A program made the translations under genes and the position numbers. The notes beneath the pieces were generated by a model. That model searched no databases and was not told where the DNA came from. It saw only the letters and a list, made by a program, of their open reading frames with translations. Positions 12,525-26,599 of a stretch of 64,000 nucleotides of DNA are shown here, one piece after another. Each line of letters opens with the position of its first letter. Within the stretch, counting starts at the first letter, position 1. The stretch is from Ginglymostoma cirratum. Lineage: Eukaryota. The stretch spans positions 34,469,228 to 34,533,227 of the forward strand of contig JAHRHZ010000098.1 of the NCBI GenBank assembly GCA_024137785.1, read 5' to 3'.

Positions 12525-12835
12525 GGGGCTTTGGCATAGTGTTAATGCCCCTAGGTTTGTAATCCATGTTCCGCTAACATGGTCTTAAGTCTCACCGTAG
12601 CAGATGTGCAATTTTTATTCAATGAAAAAATCTGGAATCAAAACCTAGTCCAATAGCAACAATAGTCACAAAAGCCCATCTAGTTCACCAAAGCCCTTTA
12701 GAGAAGGAATTCTGTTGCTCTGAATTGTCTACGTGTGACTACAGGCCCACTGCAATGTGGTTGCTTTTTTATTGCCTTTTGAAATGATCTAACAGTTCAA
12801 GGTCAAGGCTCAGACGATGATACCCACATCCAATG
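12525..12835 (+). mobile_element. SINE family 2 (diverged)
   Basis: cccatctagttcacc..ctttagagaaggaa..tacgtgtgact..gcaatgtggttg. Confidence 0.65.
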
Positions 12836-13940
12836 AGTATGCTTAGAAGGCAGGGCACAAAGGTGAACAATAGATAGGTTGAAAGATTCAAAGTTCAAAA
12901 GAGATTCTCTATTCTGAGCTTAGAGTAAGTGATAGCCTTCCCTTTCCAGTATCAATTATTTTAGACGGTGCTTAGAATGAATTCAGAAGCCTCAGAGTGG
13001 CCTTTTCAGTTGAGAAGCATTGGAGGGAGGTGTGTAATTCCCCCTGATGGCTACTCCTGGTAACCTTCAATATTTATTACCTCTACTAGGTACGGGGTAA
13101 TCAGGATGATCAGGTAATCGAAAGGCAATCTTAATTTGCCTTTGCGTTGTTATGGTCTCATCTGGTGACTAATGGTGAAAGGTGCACCAACATAGAATAC
13201 CTACAGAAGGGGCACTGTCCTTTGATAGCCAGACGGTTCACTGCATATCTGCAATAAGGAAAACTACATTTGATCAGACATAATAACTAGATCTTAGGGA
13301 GCTGGTAGTGATATATCTAGTCCCTCTGAAATCAAGATCAGAACTTGTGTCTCCACCCCAGTCAGTGTAGAGCAGGTGGCGTCAATGGAACATGAACATT
13401 AACCACTTCAGAATCATAACTTTATATAACAGGAGATTGAATTCAACCTCACACTCCTCAACACCTTCAAGAAAACAGGAAGAGAGACAAAGGGAGGCTG
13501 AAAAGAGCAGTTTACGTTTCTCTAAAATATAACTCATAAAATATGCCAGAAATGGAATGAAAAAAGGACAATTCAGGCTGCAGTCCTGCCTGCATGGTTT
13601 GACAGGTATGTGATAGAGTTCTACACCTGAGGCTTTTAAAGAAGAGTTGCAAATTGGCTCAGCAACAGAAAGCAGAAGGTGAAGATAAATGGAGACAGTT
13701 CTACCAAGGGAGTGCTGACTGGCATAGATCTTCAGTGAGCTATTTCAGGCTCTAGATGGACTTGCAGTCATATGCACCATTCAAACCTGTGCAGTATAAT
13801 GTTACAAAATTAGCTGATAATGCCAAGTGGTGTGGTTTGCTGCCCAAAGTCAAGAAGATTTATCACATTGAAACTGAAGGAAAAAATTAAGTTAAGGAGT
13901 TCTGAAGAATTGTAATGTAGATAATTATGAGATAACAGGA

Positions 13941-13942
<2 letters not shown>

Positions 13943-14007
<65 letters not shown>
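13943..14007. repeat. (GT)n microsatellite, ~32 units
   Basis: Read directly from the sequence. Confidence 0.98.
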
Positions 14008-14008
<1 letters not shown>

Positions 14009-17000
14009 ACGTGCGTGTGCATGTGCGAGAGTAATTCAACCCATTGACCGAACAGGAAGATGTTACTAACATAGGCAACTTAAATGCAAGGATGAATTCT
14101 GATTGTTTGTTCATTCTTTTATGTAATTGACAGAGATGTTATAAAATACATCTGGGATATTGGGGCATTCCTACTGTGAAGGGATGATCACACAAAGGCA
14201 AGAATAGACTAACAAACAGCACGAGTGATTGGATCTAAAACCAACCGGTGGGGATAGGTTGGCAGAATTGAGTTCTAGCAGGAGAAAAGAACATTTCAAG
14301 AGGCTGTGATCCCGCTCTTTGAACATTGAAAGGATTTAAAAATTGGGCTGCCTGTAGAACACTTCGCCAACTGAGCAGGCCATGTGAGGAAGTAAAAATG
14401 TAATAGAGTGAATCTGAAAGGTTTGTTTAGCTTTTCTTTAGAATAGTGAATATGTGGAATAGGACTTACACCAAGAACAGTTAACCAGTGTTAAAGTTAA
14501 ATCTAAAATTGTGCTGAAAAGTAACCAAATCAGAGATTGCCTGAAATTCAGAGACAATTATAAATACAGAAGCCTTCAGAATGCATTGTGCACTGAATTC
14601 CCTGTCTTCTTGGAACCCAGTCACAGACAATATCATCATGGATAATCTAGGGATCAGGTTGAAATCCTGAAGACTTACTTTACACGGTCATTAATTTCTT
14701 GGAGGCTCAGTTTATCATTATTCATTTTAACAGGAGGTTAAGCAGAGAAAGGCCGAGGTGGAGCAAAACTTTCATTCCATCACAACCTTAATGGTGATAA
14801 CGTTTTTTTGAACTTTTTTCTCTCAAGTTCCAGACCTGCTATCCCTACTATCTTTTGCATCTGTACACTTTTGCAGTGAAGTCAAATTTTCACATTGCTT
14901 CCAGGGATCTCAAAAGATATCCATCTCTTGCCTTCATCAACCATTCTTCTCTCTGATAGCTGGTGGCTCTTTCAGATACAGGTTTGATGTCATTGCCTCA
15001 ATGCATGAGATCTTCTCTTTGGCCTTTGCCAACATTGATGAAGTCCTGCACTGCGGAGTGCAGTCTTGGTCATCAAATTAGAGTAGATGTATATAAACGC
15101 ACAGGTCATGTGCCAAGAACTATTTTCTTTCTTCCGTACTTTTATGTTTCTTTAAATACCTCCTTGGGTAGTGCCAGGCAACGCCACAGTTAGTGATTGT
15201 GAGTGTGTGCGTATAGGTATTTATCATTCTCATACAGTCAGCTGTTATTTCTGCAATTTCACTTTTATTTTTACAATGCTTTGAATGAAAAGAAAGGCTA
15301 TTGTCGTCTTAGAAGTTCAATTGAAACTGCATTGCAATGTCACTTTCTCGCACTGATTTAACCGAAGTAGAAACATGAGTTTTTTCTTGTGCTATGATGT
15401 TCTATCATCTAGGTGTTATACTTGGAGGAGGTGTCACAGGAAGCAATCAAGTTATGATAAATAACTTCTCGACTGGGGTTGCTTGGCTACTTTGGGACGT
15501 TGATAAGCCAAGTGAACTGTAGCAAGTTTCAGATTGAAGACATTTGTCACACCTTATCACTGCCCATGACACATCCCATCATCGTAGGCTTGAAGATATT
15601 ATTTTAAAAGAATTTACTTCCTGCTGTGTCTCTCAAATGCCTGCCGTTCCCAACTTGCTATTATGTGTGCCATTGTAATGTTTTTTTGAAAAAAACATCT
15701 CTTTAAATGTAAACCATATTCTAGAATCAACAGAATCAATGGACAAGTGAACGTAGAGGGGAATGGAGCGGAAGAAGTGAAGGAAGTTCACTGAGAGAAA
15801 ATGTATGTTGCAGTATCACAATCATAGAATTGTGTCATGCAGAAAGAAGCCATTCAGCCCATCATGCCTGTACCAGCTCCATTACTGAATGCCATTTTTT
15901 TTGCCTTGTCAGTTTATCTCAGTAGGCTGGCTGGTTTGCGATGCAGACTGACGCCAACAGTGTGGGTTCAATTCCCACGACCAGCTGTGGTCACTATGAA
16001 GGATCCTGTTTCTCAGCCTCTCCTCGGATTAAACCACCACTCATTGTCTCTGTCTAATGGGAAGTTCTGTGGTGACTTTATTCATCCCTGAACATCATTT
16101 TTATCCAAACATTCATCCAATGACCTCTTAAATGCCTCCATAGAACCTGCCTCCCCTGCATTTCCAAACAGCGCATTCCAGACCTAAACTACTCGCTGTG
16201 TGAAAAAGATTTTCCTCACTTCATCCTTGCTTCTTTTGTATGCCACTTAAAATCTGTATATCTCTTGTTTATTTTTCTTTTATGTTTGGGAAATAAATAT
16301 GAGCCCACCTCAGCCTCAATAGAATTTAGATTCGGTTTATGAAATAAACCTGGAATCGAAAGCTGGTATTAGCACTGACACCTCTAAAGCTGCTAGATTG
16401 TCACAAAAACCCAGTATGAGTCGGGGGCTCATCCACTCGTTTCTCTGTCTGCTATTCTTTTTCTTTATTTTACTCTTCCTTCTTATGTTTCATATGGGGA
16501 ATGGGTGAGTGTGGGCCCAGCATGGGATCCAATGGCATTGGCATCATCGTCAATATTGGCCCAGCGGCATTGGCATCTTTGTTGAGATTGGCCCAGCAAT
16601 GAAGAGATGGCACCTAGAGAATGGTAACTCCTAATTTGTCAGTTCTGGTGCTGGTGACAGCGAGGCGTGGCAGAGGGGCATTGACGGCACCAGCGATTTA
16701 TATACAGCAACAAGAGATGGCACCTGAGGTGGGCCAATTCTGACGTTGGTGAGTCCAGTGAGATGGCATCAGGGAGAAACTTTGAGTTGGAGCAGTAGTT
16801 AAAGAATAAAGATGGAGTGTCTTTCAGCTTACTTTTTAAATTTGAAGTTATTCAAATTGGCACTGTAGCTTGGCAACAGTTGAAGATTTTCACTGCATTT
16901 TCCTTAAATACCAGTGACAATAATTATTTGAATTCAATCAATCTGAATAACTAATGTCCCTTCGAGAAGGAAAACTGCCATCCTGACTCAATCTGACCTA

Positions 17001-17554
17001 AATGTGACTTCAGAACCAATGGCTTAGCAAGTCATTTGTATTGAAATAATGTAAATGCTGACCCTGGCTGAGTGCCCACATCCTGTGGGCACATTTAAAA
17101 AAAATAACATTTTGCTCCAAAATCCTAAATGCGTATTCATGTTACAACTCACCAAGTGCAGAATGAAGTGAAACCATTTTCCAGCAATGTTAAGCTTGTC
17201 CTGTGGTAAGTTCCTATTAAAACACTTTGCTAATAGTAGCCTTGATAGCTAAGAAAAAATGTTTGGTTATTCACGAGTTAACGTTTGGGTCAACTTGCAG
17301 TGTTTAGCATTAATGTTGACTAATTCCTCCTGAAGGGAGCTGAAGAATTTCAGACAAATATATGAATTAATAGCCTATGAGAAAAAATATAATTTTGAAC
17401 TAGCTATTTCTGGCAACCATTTACAGTATCACTTCAGTATTAATGTTAGTTTTCAGGCTAAGAATCTGCTGTGTAAGTCTATATTCTGAGCACAATACGA
17501 CCAGCTGAAAAGTGACACTCTCGTCACTTCCACTTAAATGAGACAAAAGTGAAA

Positions 17555-17830
17555 TTGTTGGATGCTGGAAATCTCAAATATAAACAGAGAGTTCTAGAGA
17601 AACTCAGCAGGTCAGGCAGCACCTGTGGAAAGAGAAACAGAGTCTGCGTTTCACGTTGATAAACTACTTATGAGGTCTTGCTATAAAAATAGCTAAACCA
17701 AATTAAATTTGCCCAGCTGTCATCAGTTCTGAAGAAGGATCACTGGACCCGAAAATTTAACTCTGATTTCTCTCCACAGATGTTGCCAGATCTGCTGAGC
17801 CTTTCCAGCAACTTCTGCTTTCGTTTCTAA
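17555..17830. mobile_element. Two family B pLTR pieces in inverted orientation
   Basis: - arm 17555-17670; + arm from ~17724: agtt-CTGAAGA-A-GGATCactgGACCC-GAAAATTT-aact. Confidence 0.75.
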
Positions 17831-18729
17831 ATCTGTCCCCATTGCTCCTTCATAGCCCTGTATCTTGCTCAGATATTATGTACTGAATTGAATTCTTACT
17901 TGGAAAAGATGCATTGAACTCCATTGTAGTCAAGTCCAAAAGTAGGGCAAAACATATCCCTGCTTGACCTACTCATTTCTCCCAACATGCCTCTTCAGAA
18001 CAAAGAACAAAGAAGAAAAAACAATACAGCACAGGAACAGGACCTTTGGCCCTCCAAATGTGCGCTGACACATTTTGCCCTTCCATGCTAAAACTGCCTT
18101 CACCTACAGGATCCGTATCCCTCTATTCCCTTCCTATTCATGTATTCATCCAAGTGCTTCATTTTCCTGTGCCCAGTGATAGTGGTTGGGGAGATCAGAG
18201 GTCTGGGAAAAAGAGGACTTTTGGGACTTTAGTTCCCTCATCTAGGATATTATGTGTGGGTGAGGATTGGGAACATTGGTTCACACCATCAAGGTGGGCA
18301 GTCACTCTTTCTCAGTTCACTCCTCAACGGGAGGCAGTTTTGAGGTTGCTGGTATTTTGCCACCAGTGGATTGAGCCCACGACCATGTCCCACCCACTGC
18401 CTGGTGGAGGCAGCGGAACAAAGATGGATTTTCTTTCAGTTTTGTCTTTTTATTCTTGAAGTATCCGAATGGCGCCGGATTGTGGCAACAGCTGAAGCTC
18501 TTCACTGTATTTTACCGTGTTGTTCATTGTAGAGAAGAAGTAACAGTAAATTATTATTCATTCGCCTTGCCACTTTGTTTGAAGGGTTCCAGTTCAGTGG
18601 GTGAGCCCTCCCTGTCACAGTCTGGGTGTCTTTGGAACCCAAGGCTCAATCAATGGGGAAGGTACCATGCTACTCACCATTTGCCCATGCAACAATACCC
18701 CAGTGTCACGGGGAAACTGAGCAATGTAA

Positions 18730-19730
18730 GTGCAGGAGTCAGCCATTTGACCATTTGCGATGATCGTGGTTGATCATCCAACTCAATAACCTATTCTTAC
18801 CTTTCCCCCATATCCTTTTTAATCCAAAGCGCTATATCCAACTCCTTTTTGAAATCATACAATGTTTTGGCCTCAACTGCTGTCTGTGGCAGTGAATTCC
18901 ACAGGCTCACCACTCTCCGGATGAAGAAATTTCTCTTCATTCAGTCTTAGATAGTTTACCCAGTATCCTTAAGACTGTGACTCCTGGTCTGGTCTCCCCC
19001 ATCATTGGCACCTGCCTGTTAGGATTTGATCAGTTTCTAAGAGATCCCCTCATCATTCTGCAGCAAATATAAGAGTATGGGGGGTGGGAAAGTGGATGGG
19101 GTATGATCTTTCCCTCTCCTGTCCTATATCCCTAATCCTTTCAAGACCACTAGATCTAGGAGCAGAATTAAGCCATTCAGTGCATTAAGTCTGCTTCACC
19201 ATGCAATCATGGCTGATATTTTTCTGAACCCCATTCTCCTGCGTTCTTCCCCTTGATCCCCCTTACTAATCAAGAATCTATTCTTCTCTGTCTTAAGTAG
19301 ACTCAATGACTTGGTCCCCACAGCTTTCTGAAGCAATGAGTTCCACAGATTCACCCACCCTCTGGGTGAGAAAGAATTCCTTCTCATCTCAGTCTTCAGG
19401 GGTCATCTGAAATAACTACATGGAGACTGATATACTGTCACCAAATCACCCTTTATTTACACGTGGAAAGTCCTTGACTCTGGTACAGCCTCGTCAGAGG
19501 CAGCTCCCAGGGGGCCAGGATGTCTGACATTTTTATCTGTCAGTGAGGACTCCCTGGTTAGACCAGGATAAAAGCGCCAATCAGGGAACTCATATTCTGT
19601 GAGGTCCACCTGACTGATCCCATTACAACCACTACAGTCCCTTCACCCTGAGGCTGTTCCTTCGGGTCCTAGTCTCTCCTACTGGTGGAAACATCGTTCT
19701 CATGTCCGCTCTGTCCAGTCCTCTCAGCTT
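18730..19730 (-). mobile_element. CR1-type LINE 3' fragments (second one interrupted by a solo LTR)
   Basis: ORFs RRNSF..VNLWNSLLQKAV and RGLDRADMRTMFPPVGETRTR. Confidence 0.75.
19408..19636 (-). mobile_element. Short solo LTR (Gypsy-like)
   Basis: TG...CA termini, AATAAA on - strand, inserted in a CR1; homologous to 31708-31943. Confidence 0.65.
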
Positions 19731-21009
19731 TGTGGACTCAAGGACCCCCCTACAATCCTGTACATTGGAATGCCAAACTGTCAGGATAATCCTGCCCAGT
19801 ATTTCAGTCTCTTCTCCTATCTGTGGGTTCTGATCTTTAGCATCTGATCCTAAGCTTACATATTCTCTCCAAAATAAGGCCATCCAAACTTACATTCAGA
19901 GCTGTAGTTACAGCCAACTTGTCAATACGGAAATGGGAACCATCGAAATGATGGTAGCCATTGATTGTCGCTTCAGCCCTTTAGAATGCATACCTGCCCC
20001 GTAGACAGTCCACTGGAGATAACTGATTGATATCCATGCACTGATTACCTTCAAACAGCATCTTCAGTTGGAGGGCCAAAGACATAACTTCTGAAATCCC
20101 CTCCTTTAATCTCTCTAAGTTCACAGCTCCCTCTCTCTCTTGGTTTAAAATGTTCCTCAAATCTTAGCTTTTTAACAAGGCTTTTGCTCATTGATATTTT
20201 CTTATGTAATTCCATGCCAAAATTTGTCTGCTCATGCCCCTGTGAAGCCCTTTAGGATGTTTTACAGTGAGAAGGATGTTGTGTACATGCAAATTGTCGT
20301 TGCTATAGTGTAACATGGTCTTTGGAACAATTGGGCATGGTGTTGGCTCCTGAACTTCACATAGCGAGCTTCTCTTCAGAGGGTGTTATAGGCCTTCAAT
20401 GCATGAGGTGGACTTCAGCACCCACCTTTTACACAGTGTATGTGGTGTACACCTTGTAAGTGCATCCCTCACCATGTTAGACAGCCCCGAAAGTCATGTG
20501 CTACACCACATCCCACTAGTTATTGAGTGTGCCACACATTACCATTGGTCTGATTGATAGTTTCACACGGTGCTGGTGAAACGTGAGTTAGACCCGCCAG
20601 GTTATGGCAGACCCGGAGATTGTTGTACTCATTCTCGGAGCAAGCTGTTGCGCTGAAAGGGTTTTCAATCAGAATCGTCCCACCCAGAGGGTCCTGGTAT
20701 TACCACTGAAGGTCAAAATGACATTTTAAAAATACATTCCGGTATTGGTACTCTAAACAGCAAAATCAATATTGTGTGTTCCTGCGGTAAGAATCAATAA
20801 ACATTGCAGCCATTTAAACTGGCTGCTGGTGCACTTCCCTTTCGTCAAAAGATGAAAAATGAGCTTGAGGAGAAAGGTGGTCAGTCAAGCAAACTCAGAA
20901 GATGCTGGCCCATGAGCTACATTTGGCCTTGTCATCGACTTAAGGAGGCCAGGGTTTCTCATCTTCTTCCTGGTGTCCTGGCCAATATTTATTTCACAAT
21001 GATTTGGCT

Positions 21010-21312
21010 TGGTGGCTCAGTGGTTAGCACTGCTGCCTCAAGAGACCTGGGTTCGATTCCACCCTCTGGCGACTGTCTGTGTGGAGTTTGCACATTCTCC
21101 CTGTGTCTGTGTGGGTTTCCTCCCACAGTCCAAAGTTGTGCAGGTTAGGTGGATTGGCCAAGCTAAATTACCCATAGTGTCCAGGGCTGTGCAGACTAGG
21201 TGGGTTAGTCATGGGAAACGCAGAATTACAGGGACAGGGTAGGGGGTGGGATGCTCTTCAGTGTATACTCAATGGGTTGAATGGCCTGCTTCCACAGTGT
21301 AAGGATTCTATG
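21010..21312 (+). mobile_element. V-SINE / HE1-like tRNA-derived SINE
   Basis: A box TGGCTCAGTGG, B box GGTTCGATTCC, V-domain-like tgtgtggagtttgcacattctccctgtgtctgtgtgggtttcc, CR1-like tail gattctatgatt. Confidence 0.9.
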
Positions 21313-21445
21313 ATTAAAGCAGATAATTGGGATATTATTCATCGGATCTTACTCTGTGGAAATTACCTTCCAGGGGTCCTACATCAGAATAGTGGCTGGA
21401 TCTCAAAAACATTTAATTGGTGCTTTGGGACATCCTGAATCATGG

Positions 21446-21595
21446 GACCTAACCTGCACATCTTTGGACTGTGGGAGGAAACCAGAGGACCCACACAGAC
21501 ACGGGGAGAATGTGCAAATTCCACACAGGCAGTCACCTGAGGGTGGGATCAAATCGAGGTCCCTGGTGCTGTGAGGCAACATTGCTAACCATTGT
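21446..21595 (-). mobile_element. V-SINE / HE1-like SINE, 5' half
   Basis: Reverse complement of the 5' half of the 21010 copy. Confidence 0.85.
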
Positions 21596-23147
21596 GGAAT
21601 CATTACTGCCCCTGTGACTACTGAGTCTAGAGAGGTACAGTTGACCAGTGTAACTCTCAGGTGAGTTGATCACAGGAGGGCAGGGAAGTGGTTTATTAGT
21701 AGGTATGAGGGTTGGCACTTGATGCCAAGGCAGGCAGTGAATCATGAAGGAGAAACCAATGTCAGGGCCCAGTGGATGACTGGCATTAGTTTTGAAGCTG
21801 ATCAGGGTCGGGTCCCTTCGGAGTGAGAATAGGAATGTTTACAGACTTATTAAAGGAGATAACATGGGCTGAATCTACAGTCATCAGGTTAGAGCTCGCC
21901 TCCCATCCCAGAGGCTGCCACAACAAATGGAGTCAGGAGTCTGGGACAAAGCTGTTTTCGCTGTTGACTACAAAGCAGGTGAGAAGGGGAATGGTGGTGA
22001 GGATGATTGGAAAGCAGACAGACCCATATTTAAACAATATCAATCCATATCCCCAAAGAGCTTTCCAGCCATTGGAATGTTTTCAAAGATGGAATTTGTG
22101 TCAGAAACCCTTGCAGCCATTCTTTGCACAGCAAGATCCCACCAACAGTAATATGTTGAAGGATAAATATTGTCTTTGACAGCAGCATCCCCTGTTATGC
22201 TATAAAATGGTATCCTTGAGTACTACGCAAGTTGTGAGAATCTGTTCTTTTGTGTTAAAATGTCTTCAGTGGAACTTGAACCCATGACCTTTTTACTGAG
22301 AGACGCAGGTGGCAGCCAGTCTGCCCTGGTGGGCTAAATTCCCCTTTTAAATTATGAGTTTTAAGATATCGCATTCACCTCCATTACTGGTCGAACCACT
22401 ACAGCTGCTGCCTAACCCGTCACAGCTCAGACAACTATTACCTACTTCATAGCATTACTCAGTGGACAGAACCCATAATGCCATTTGAGGCATTACCTTA
22501 TACGCATCAGTCAGTTGAGCCTAGATTTTTGCGCAGAAGGAGAGTGTCTGTATCTTAAAAAAAATGGAAACAGAGGAGTAAGTTTGGAACTCTTGTCTCA
22601 TCATCCCTTCTCAGTCTGGCTCCTGCCACTTTCGTGGAGGGTGGGGGGAGTCTGTTGGCAGGTTTTAATTTTCCCATTTACACTTCACGGGAGCAACTGC
22701 ACCTGTAGAACTGCAGCTGCTTCAGATCTGACCTTCTCTCTTGGCATGTCAAAAGCATGACCTATGTCCTTCAGATGTGGTGGGAGAATATCTAAACAGA
22801 CTCATGTTCTTTGGCGAGATAATGTACCTTGTTGGATGTGGCCCTGAGTCACGTTTGGGAGAGGTCACGTTCTTTTTGGAAATGGTCAAGTGCACTATGG
22901 GATTTGTAAAACTAAATATAAATGTGCATAAATTGTTAATACACTCATTGAAACTCTCAGATCCATTAGAGGTCACAGGAAAGCTGACAAGACATTTAAA
23001 TCCCCCTTTTAACTATTTGAGAAAAAAAACTTGCAGAGTTTTTTTTGTAAAAAATGACTATTTCATTGGGTCTGTTAACACAGGATAAGTACTGCATGAC
23101 TGATTCACAACCTTTTGATTTTACACTGGGTATCTTTCGGCTCATAA

Positions 23148-24002
23148 CGTTATGATCCTAACTGACGCTATTATTGGAAAAGTCAGATCCCATATTGAAA
23201 TCTGGCTTGACAAATCAAATTTTAGTTTGTTTTCATTTGATGAGGTGGCTATTTTTTACTGAAACATAAACTCACTGCTTCAGATTTGATTTTAACGGTA
23301 AAATATAAGTTAATTATGCAAAAGAAATGAAAATAAAATAGAATAAACCAAACTATATATAATTTTATTACTTTTTAAAACACATGGTAAAATACAATTC
23401 AATCTATCCCAACACCACCAATTCTCAGTACTCAAATATTAGACAGAGTTCTCTTCTGTATCACATCTGTAGGTTTAATTTAACTGTTTCTTTCAAAGGC
23501 TTTTCCTTGATTAGATGTACAACTGATCTTAAATCTTCATGGCTTCAAATAACCCCTTCTACCTAAACACTTCTTTTCTGGAATGTTCCAACTAAACCTT
23601 TACTCTGAAGTAACCTACTTCCAAACTGTCCTAAACTAACTTGTTTCTCCAGGAGAAAATGTTTCTTGCGCTCTAACTTTCACCAGGACTTTGGAAAACA
23701 GAAAGCAAAAGCTTTCCAAGCTATAGGTTTACCTCTCAGCAAACAAAATCAATTCTGCATTCTTCGAAAGCAAAACCAAACTAATGCTTTTCAATGCTTA
23801 CTCTGTCCAATCACAAAAAGCAAATAAGTTACAATTATCAATCTAATAGCTCTTTCATAGTGGTTTAAATAACAGCTCCAGGGATACCGACAAGCTAATC
23901 ATTAAATGCCCTCATGCATACAGAGCAAAACTCATAGCAACTAGCTCAAAATTCAAAGTCTAAGATCAATAATATTAATATGTATCACCATCTTGCATCA
24001 CA
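23148..24002 (-). mobile_element. Possible solo LTR
   Basis: AT-rich block bounded by (c)gttatgatcc...catcaca; resemblance only. Confidence 0.3.
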
Positions 24003-24717
24003 ACAGTTTGATTGACAACTCCAAATGGTCATCAACTCTTTGAAGTGGAACTACAAATACAAATGTTGTTCTGTATGAGTAATTAAAAGAGGTTAACTGG
24101 AATGAATGGGTTATTATCAATGAGATTATGTAACGGGCAATGGCGATTGCTAGAACAGCATAGATTGCCGTGAAATGTGTGGGACATAATTGGGGTGGCC
24201 AGGGGAACCTAGGTTAGCATTAAGACCATGCGAGGCCATGGAAGATGCGTAAGGGGCTTGAAGAAATGCATTGAGTTGGCATGGGTGGGGAGGGAATCTG
24301 CATGGGGTGAGGGAATGGGGGAAGAGCATTTGTGAAAGTGGAGGGTTGGAGGGCACTTGTTTTTTGTAACTTGGGCAAAATGCCATGCTCTGAGGCAGAC
24401 GTTTCACCGAGATCTGTACTCAGCAGCCTTGGATCTCTGTCCAAGTCTACCCTCTGTGATTTCCATTTTTACCCACTTTCCCCCCAAAACCAAAATCCAA
24501 AACTCCAGGCACATTTTCTCCAGTCAGGCTTTGCAGAATTGGGAATTCATATACTAAGTAAGAGCTCTTTAGCAGCTAAAATTATGCTACATTTTGTCTA
24601 TAAATTTCCACTGAAGCCCAGCTATATTAATGGACAATTACAGATGCTTGTAAATACTGGAAGAAAGATTTGCATTTATGTAGCATCCTTCAGGATTTCA
24701 TGACACCCCAAGGTACT

Positions 24718-25062
24718 TTATTTATTCACAGAATGAGGGTGTCACTGGCTCGGCAGTATTTATTGCCCATCCCTAATTGCCCAGAAGGCAGATAACAGTC
24801 AACCACATTGTTGAGAGTCTGGAGTCACATGTAGGTCAGACCAGATAAGGACAGCAGTTTCCTTCCCTGAAGGCTATTAGTGAACCAGATGAGTTTTTCC
24901 CCAAGAATCAGCAATGGATTCACAGTCATCATTAGATTCTTAATTCTAGATATTTATTGAATTCAAATTTCACCATGGCAGGATTTGAACCTAAGTCCCC
25001 AGAACACTATGAGAGTCTTCAGATTAGCAGCCTACTGACAATACCACTAGGCCATTGCCTCC
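24718..25062 (-). mobile_element. SINE family 2
   Basis: Full-length copy on - strand (tttattgcccatccctaattgccc..atttgaacc..ccactaggccat). Confidence 0.85.
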
Positions 25063-25309
25063 CAAAGGAAATGCTTTTGGAATCTAATAAATGTTGCAAA
25101 GTAAGAATTGGGGAAGCCAATTTGTGCAAGCAAGATCCCAAAATCAGCAATCTGGTTATGACAAATGGTAATATTTTTGAGATGAAGGAAATTCACTGGA
25201 GGATATACGAAAGAAGGCAGGTGGGAAATGTTGATAAGTACAACAGAAAAGAAGCTGGGGTAATTGACAGCCTTTTGCTACTCCAAAAAAAAAAGTAAAT
25301 CATCTCGCG

Positions 25310-25412
25310 ATCAAAAACAGAAGTTGCTGGAAAAGCTGAGCAGGTCTGGCAGCATCTGTGAAGAAAAAAATCAGAGTTAGTGTTTCGGTCTGGTGACCCT
25401 TCCTCAGAACTC
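25310..25412 (-). mobile_element. Family B hammerhead element
   Basis: - strand gagtt-CTGAGGA-A-GGGTCaccaGACC-GAAACACT-aactc (5-bp stem I). Confidence 0.85.
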
Positions 25413-26599
25413 ATCCCATCTTGTCCTGCACATTATTCGTGCCTAACTCTATCTGTTTGGTTTGCTGCGTGACTCCCCAGGCATCTGTCTGTAAACTCAT
25501 TACATTTATACAGACCTTATTTTCATTCTGCCTTCAATAACTAGTGCTTGTAATTCTGTATCATGATACTTTAATCCTTTTTTGGATTACAGCAGTATTT
25601 CAGCATTAAAGCCTGATCTAAAATGGGATTACACTCTCTTTTTGGATGTTTCACTGAGCCCTCAATTGAAGAAACATTCTGAACCCATGTAGATTGTTGT
25701 CATTCTATATCGTTACAGTGACAAAACCCTTCATGTTGTGCGATTTGTGAAGTCACTCATTGCAGGCATGACCACAACCAGAAACCACATCTGACGGCCA
25801 ATCAGTTGTTACAAATTCTTGAAACTCAGTCATTCTCAGATGAATGGAACATCTACGTTGCTGAAACCCGTTAGCAGTTCGAAGTCAGGTCAGCATTGAT
25901 AATGGCCACAGCTGTCCAACAGCAGACTGCCCTCTGAGAAGGAAAAACAACGGTAGAGTGCTTGATAATAGGTGCAAAGAATCAGATGGATAGATTTCTT
26001 TTCGAACGATGGAACCATTTCATTTATCAGCCAGAACCATTTATATCACAGTAGAAAAGATGATCGCACAATCTAGTAGGACACTTTGTCGCATGTTTCG
26101 TTGCATTATGGTGCTTTCTCCATTAGAAATGCATAATACTACTTGCGAACAAATACAAGAGGCTTGTCAGTATAACTGATTAGTATAAACCGCCAACAGG
26201 GAAGCCATTAAGATCAAAGTGGACAGAACTAGAAGACTTCAGAGGATTTTAGGGACAGAAATGGTCGTAGAGACAGGGACAGCCAAACCAATGTAAGGCT
26301 AAGGTTCACCTTTCAGGTCTACAAGATACTTTTATTTCCCTTTATAGTCCAGGCTCCACCTTGTTTTTCTGCTATTGTCAACTTTTGCTCTCACACGTTG
26401 CATACCTGATAGCGCTACATTGTCCCAGGTGTTTGTGATAACTAAACCACGTCAGTGAGTACTGACGAGGGATTAGATCATGGAAAGACCATAAAATGCT
26501 TAAAATGCTTTCTAAAACACGTGTCACTTGCTAAAAATGTTAAATAATGAGCCTGTTTTTTTTTCCTGACTCCAGTACAGAGCTCCTGGAGTAATGTGT

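Noticed and set aside
13810-14114. His/Thr-repeat ORFs
   Set aside because: Translation of the (GT)n microsatellite.
21010-21070. tRNA genes (A/B boxes here and in other SINE heads)
   Set aside because: No full cloverleaf; they continue into SINE bodies.
25720-25875. Cys/His-containing short frame
   Set aside because: Stop-bounded, no ATG or consistent splice sites, no recognisable domain.
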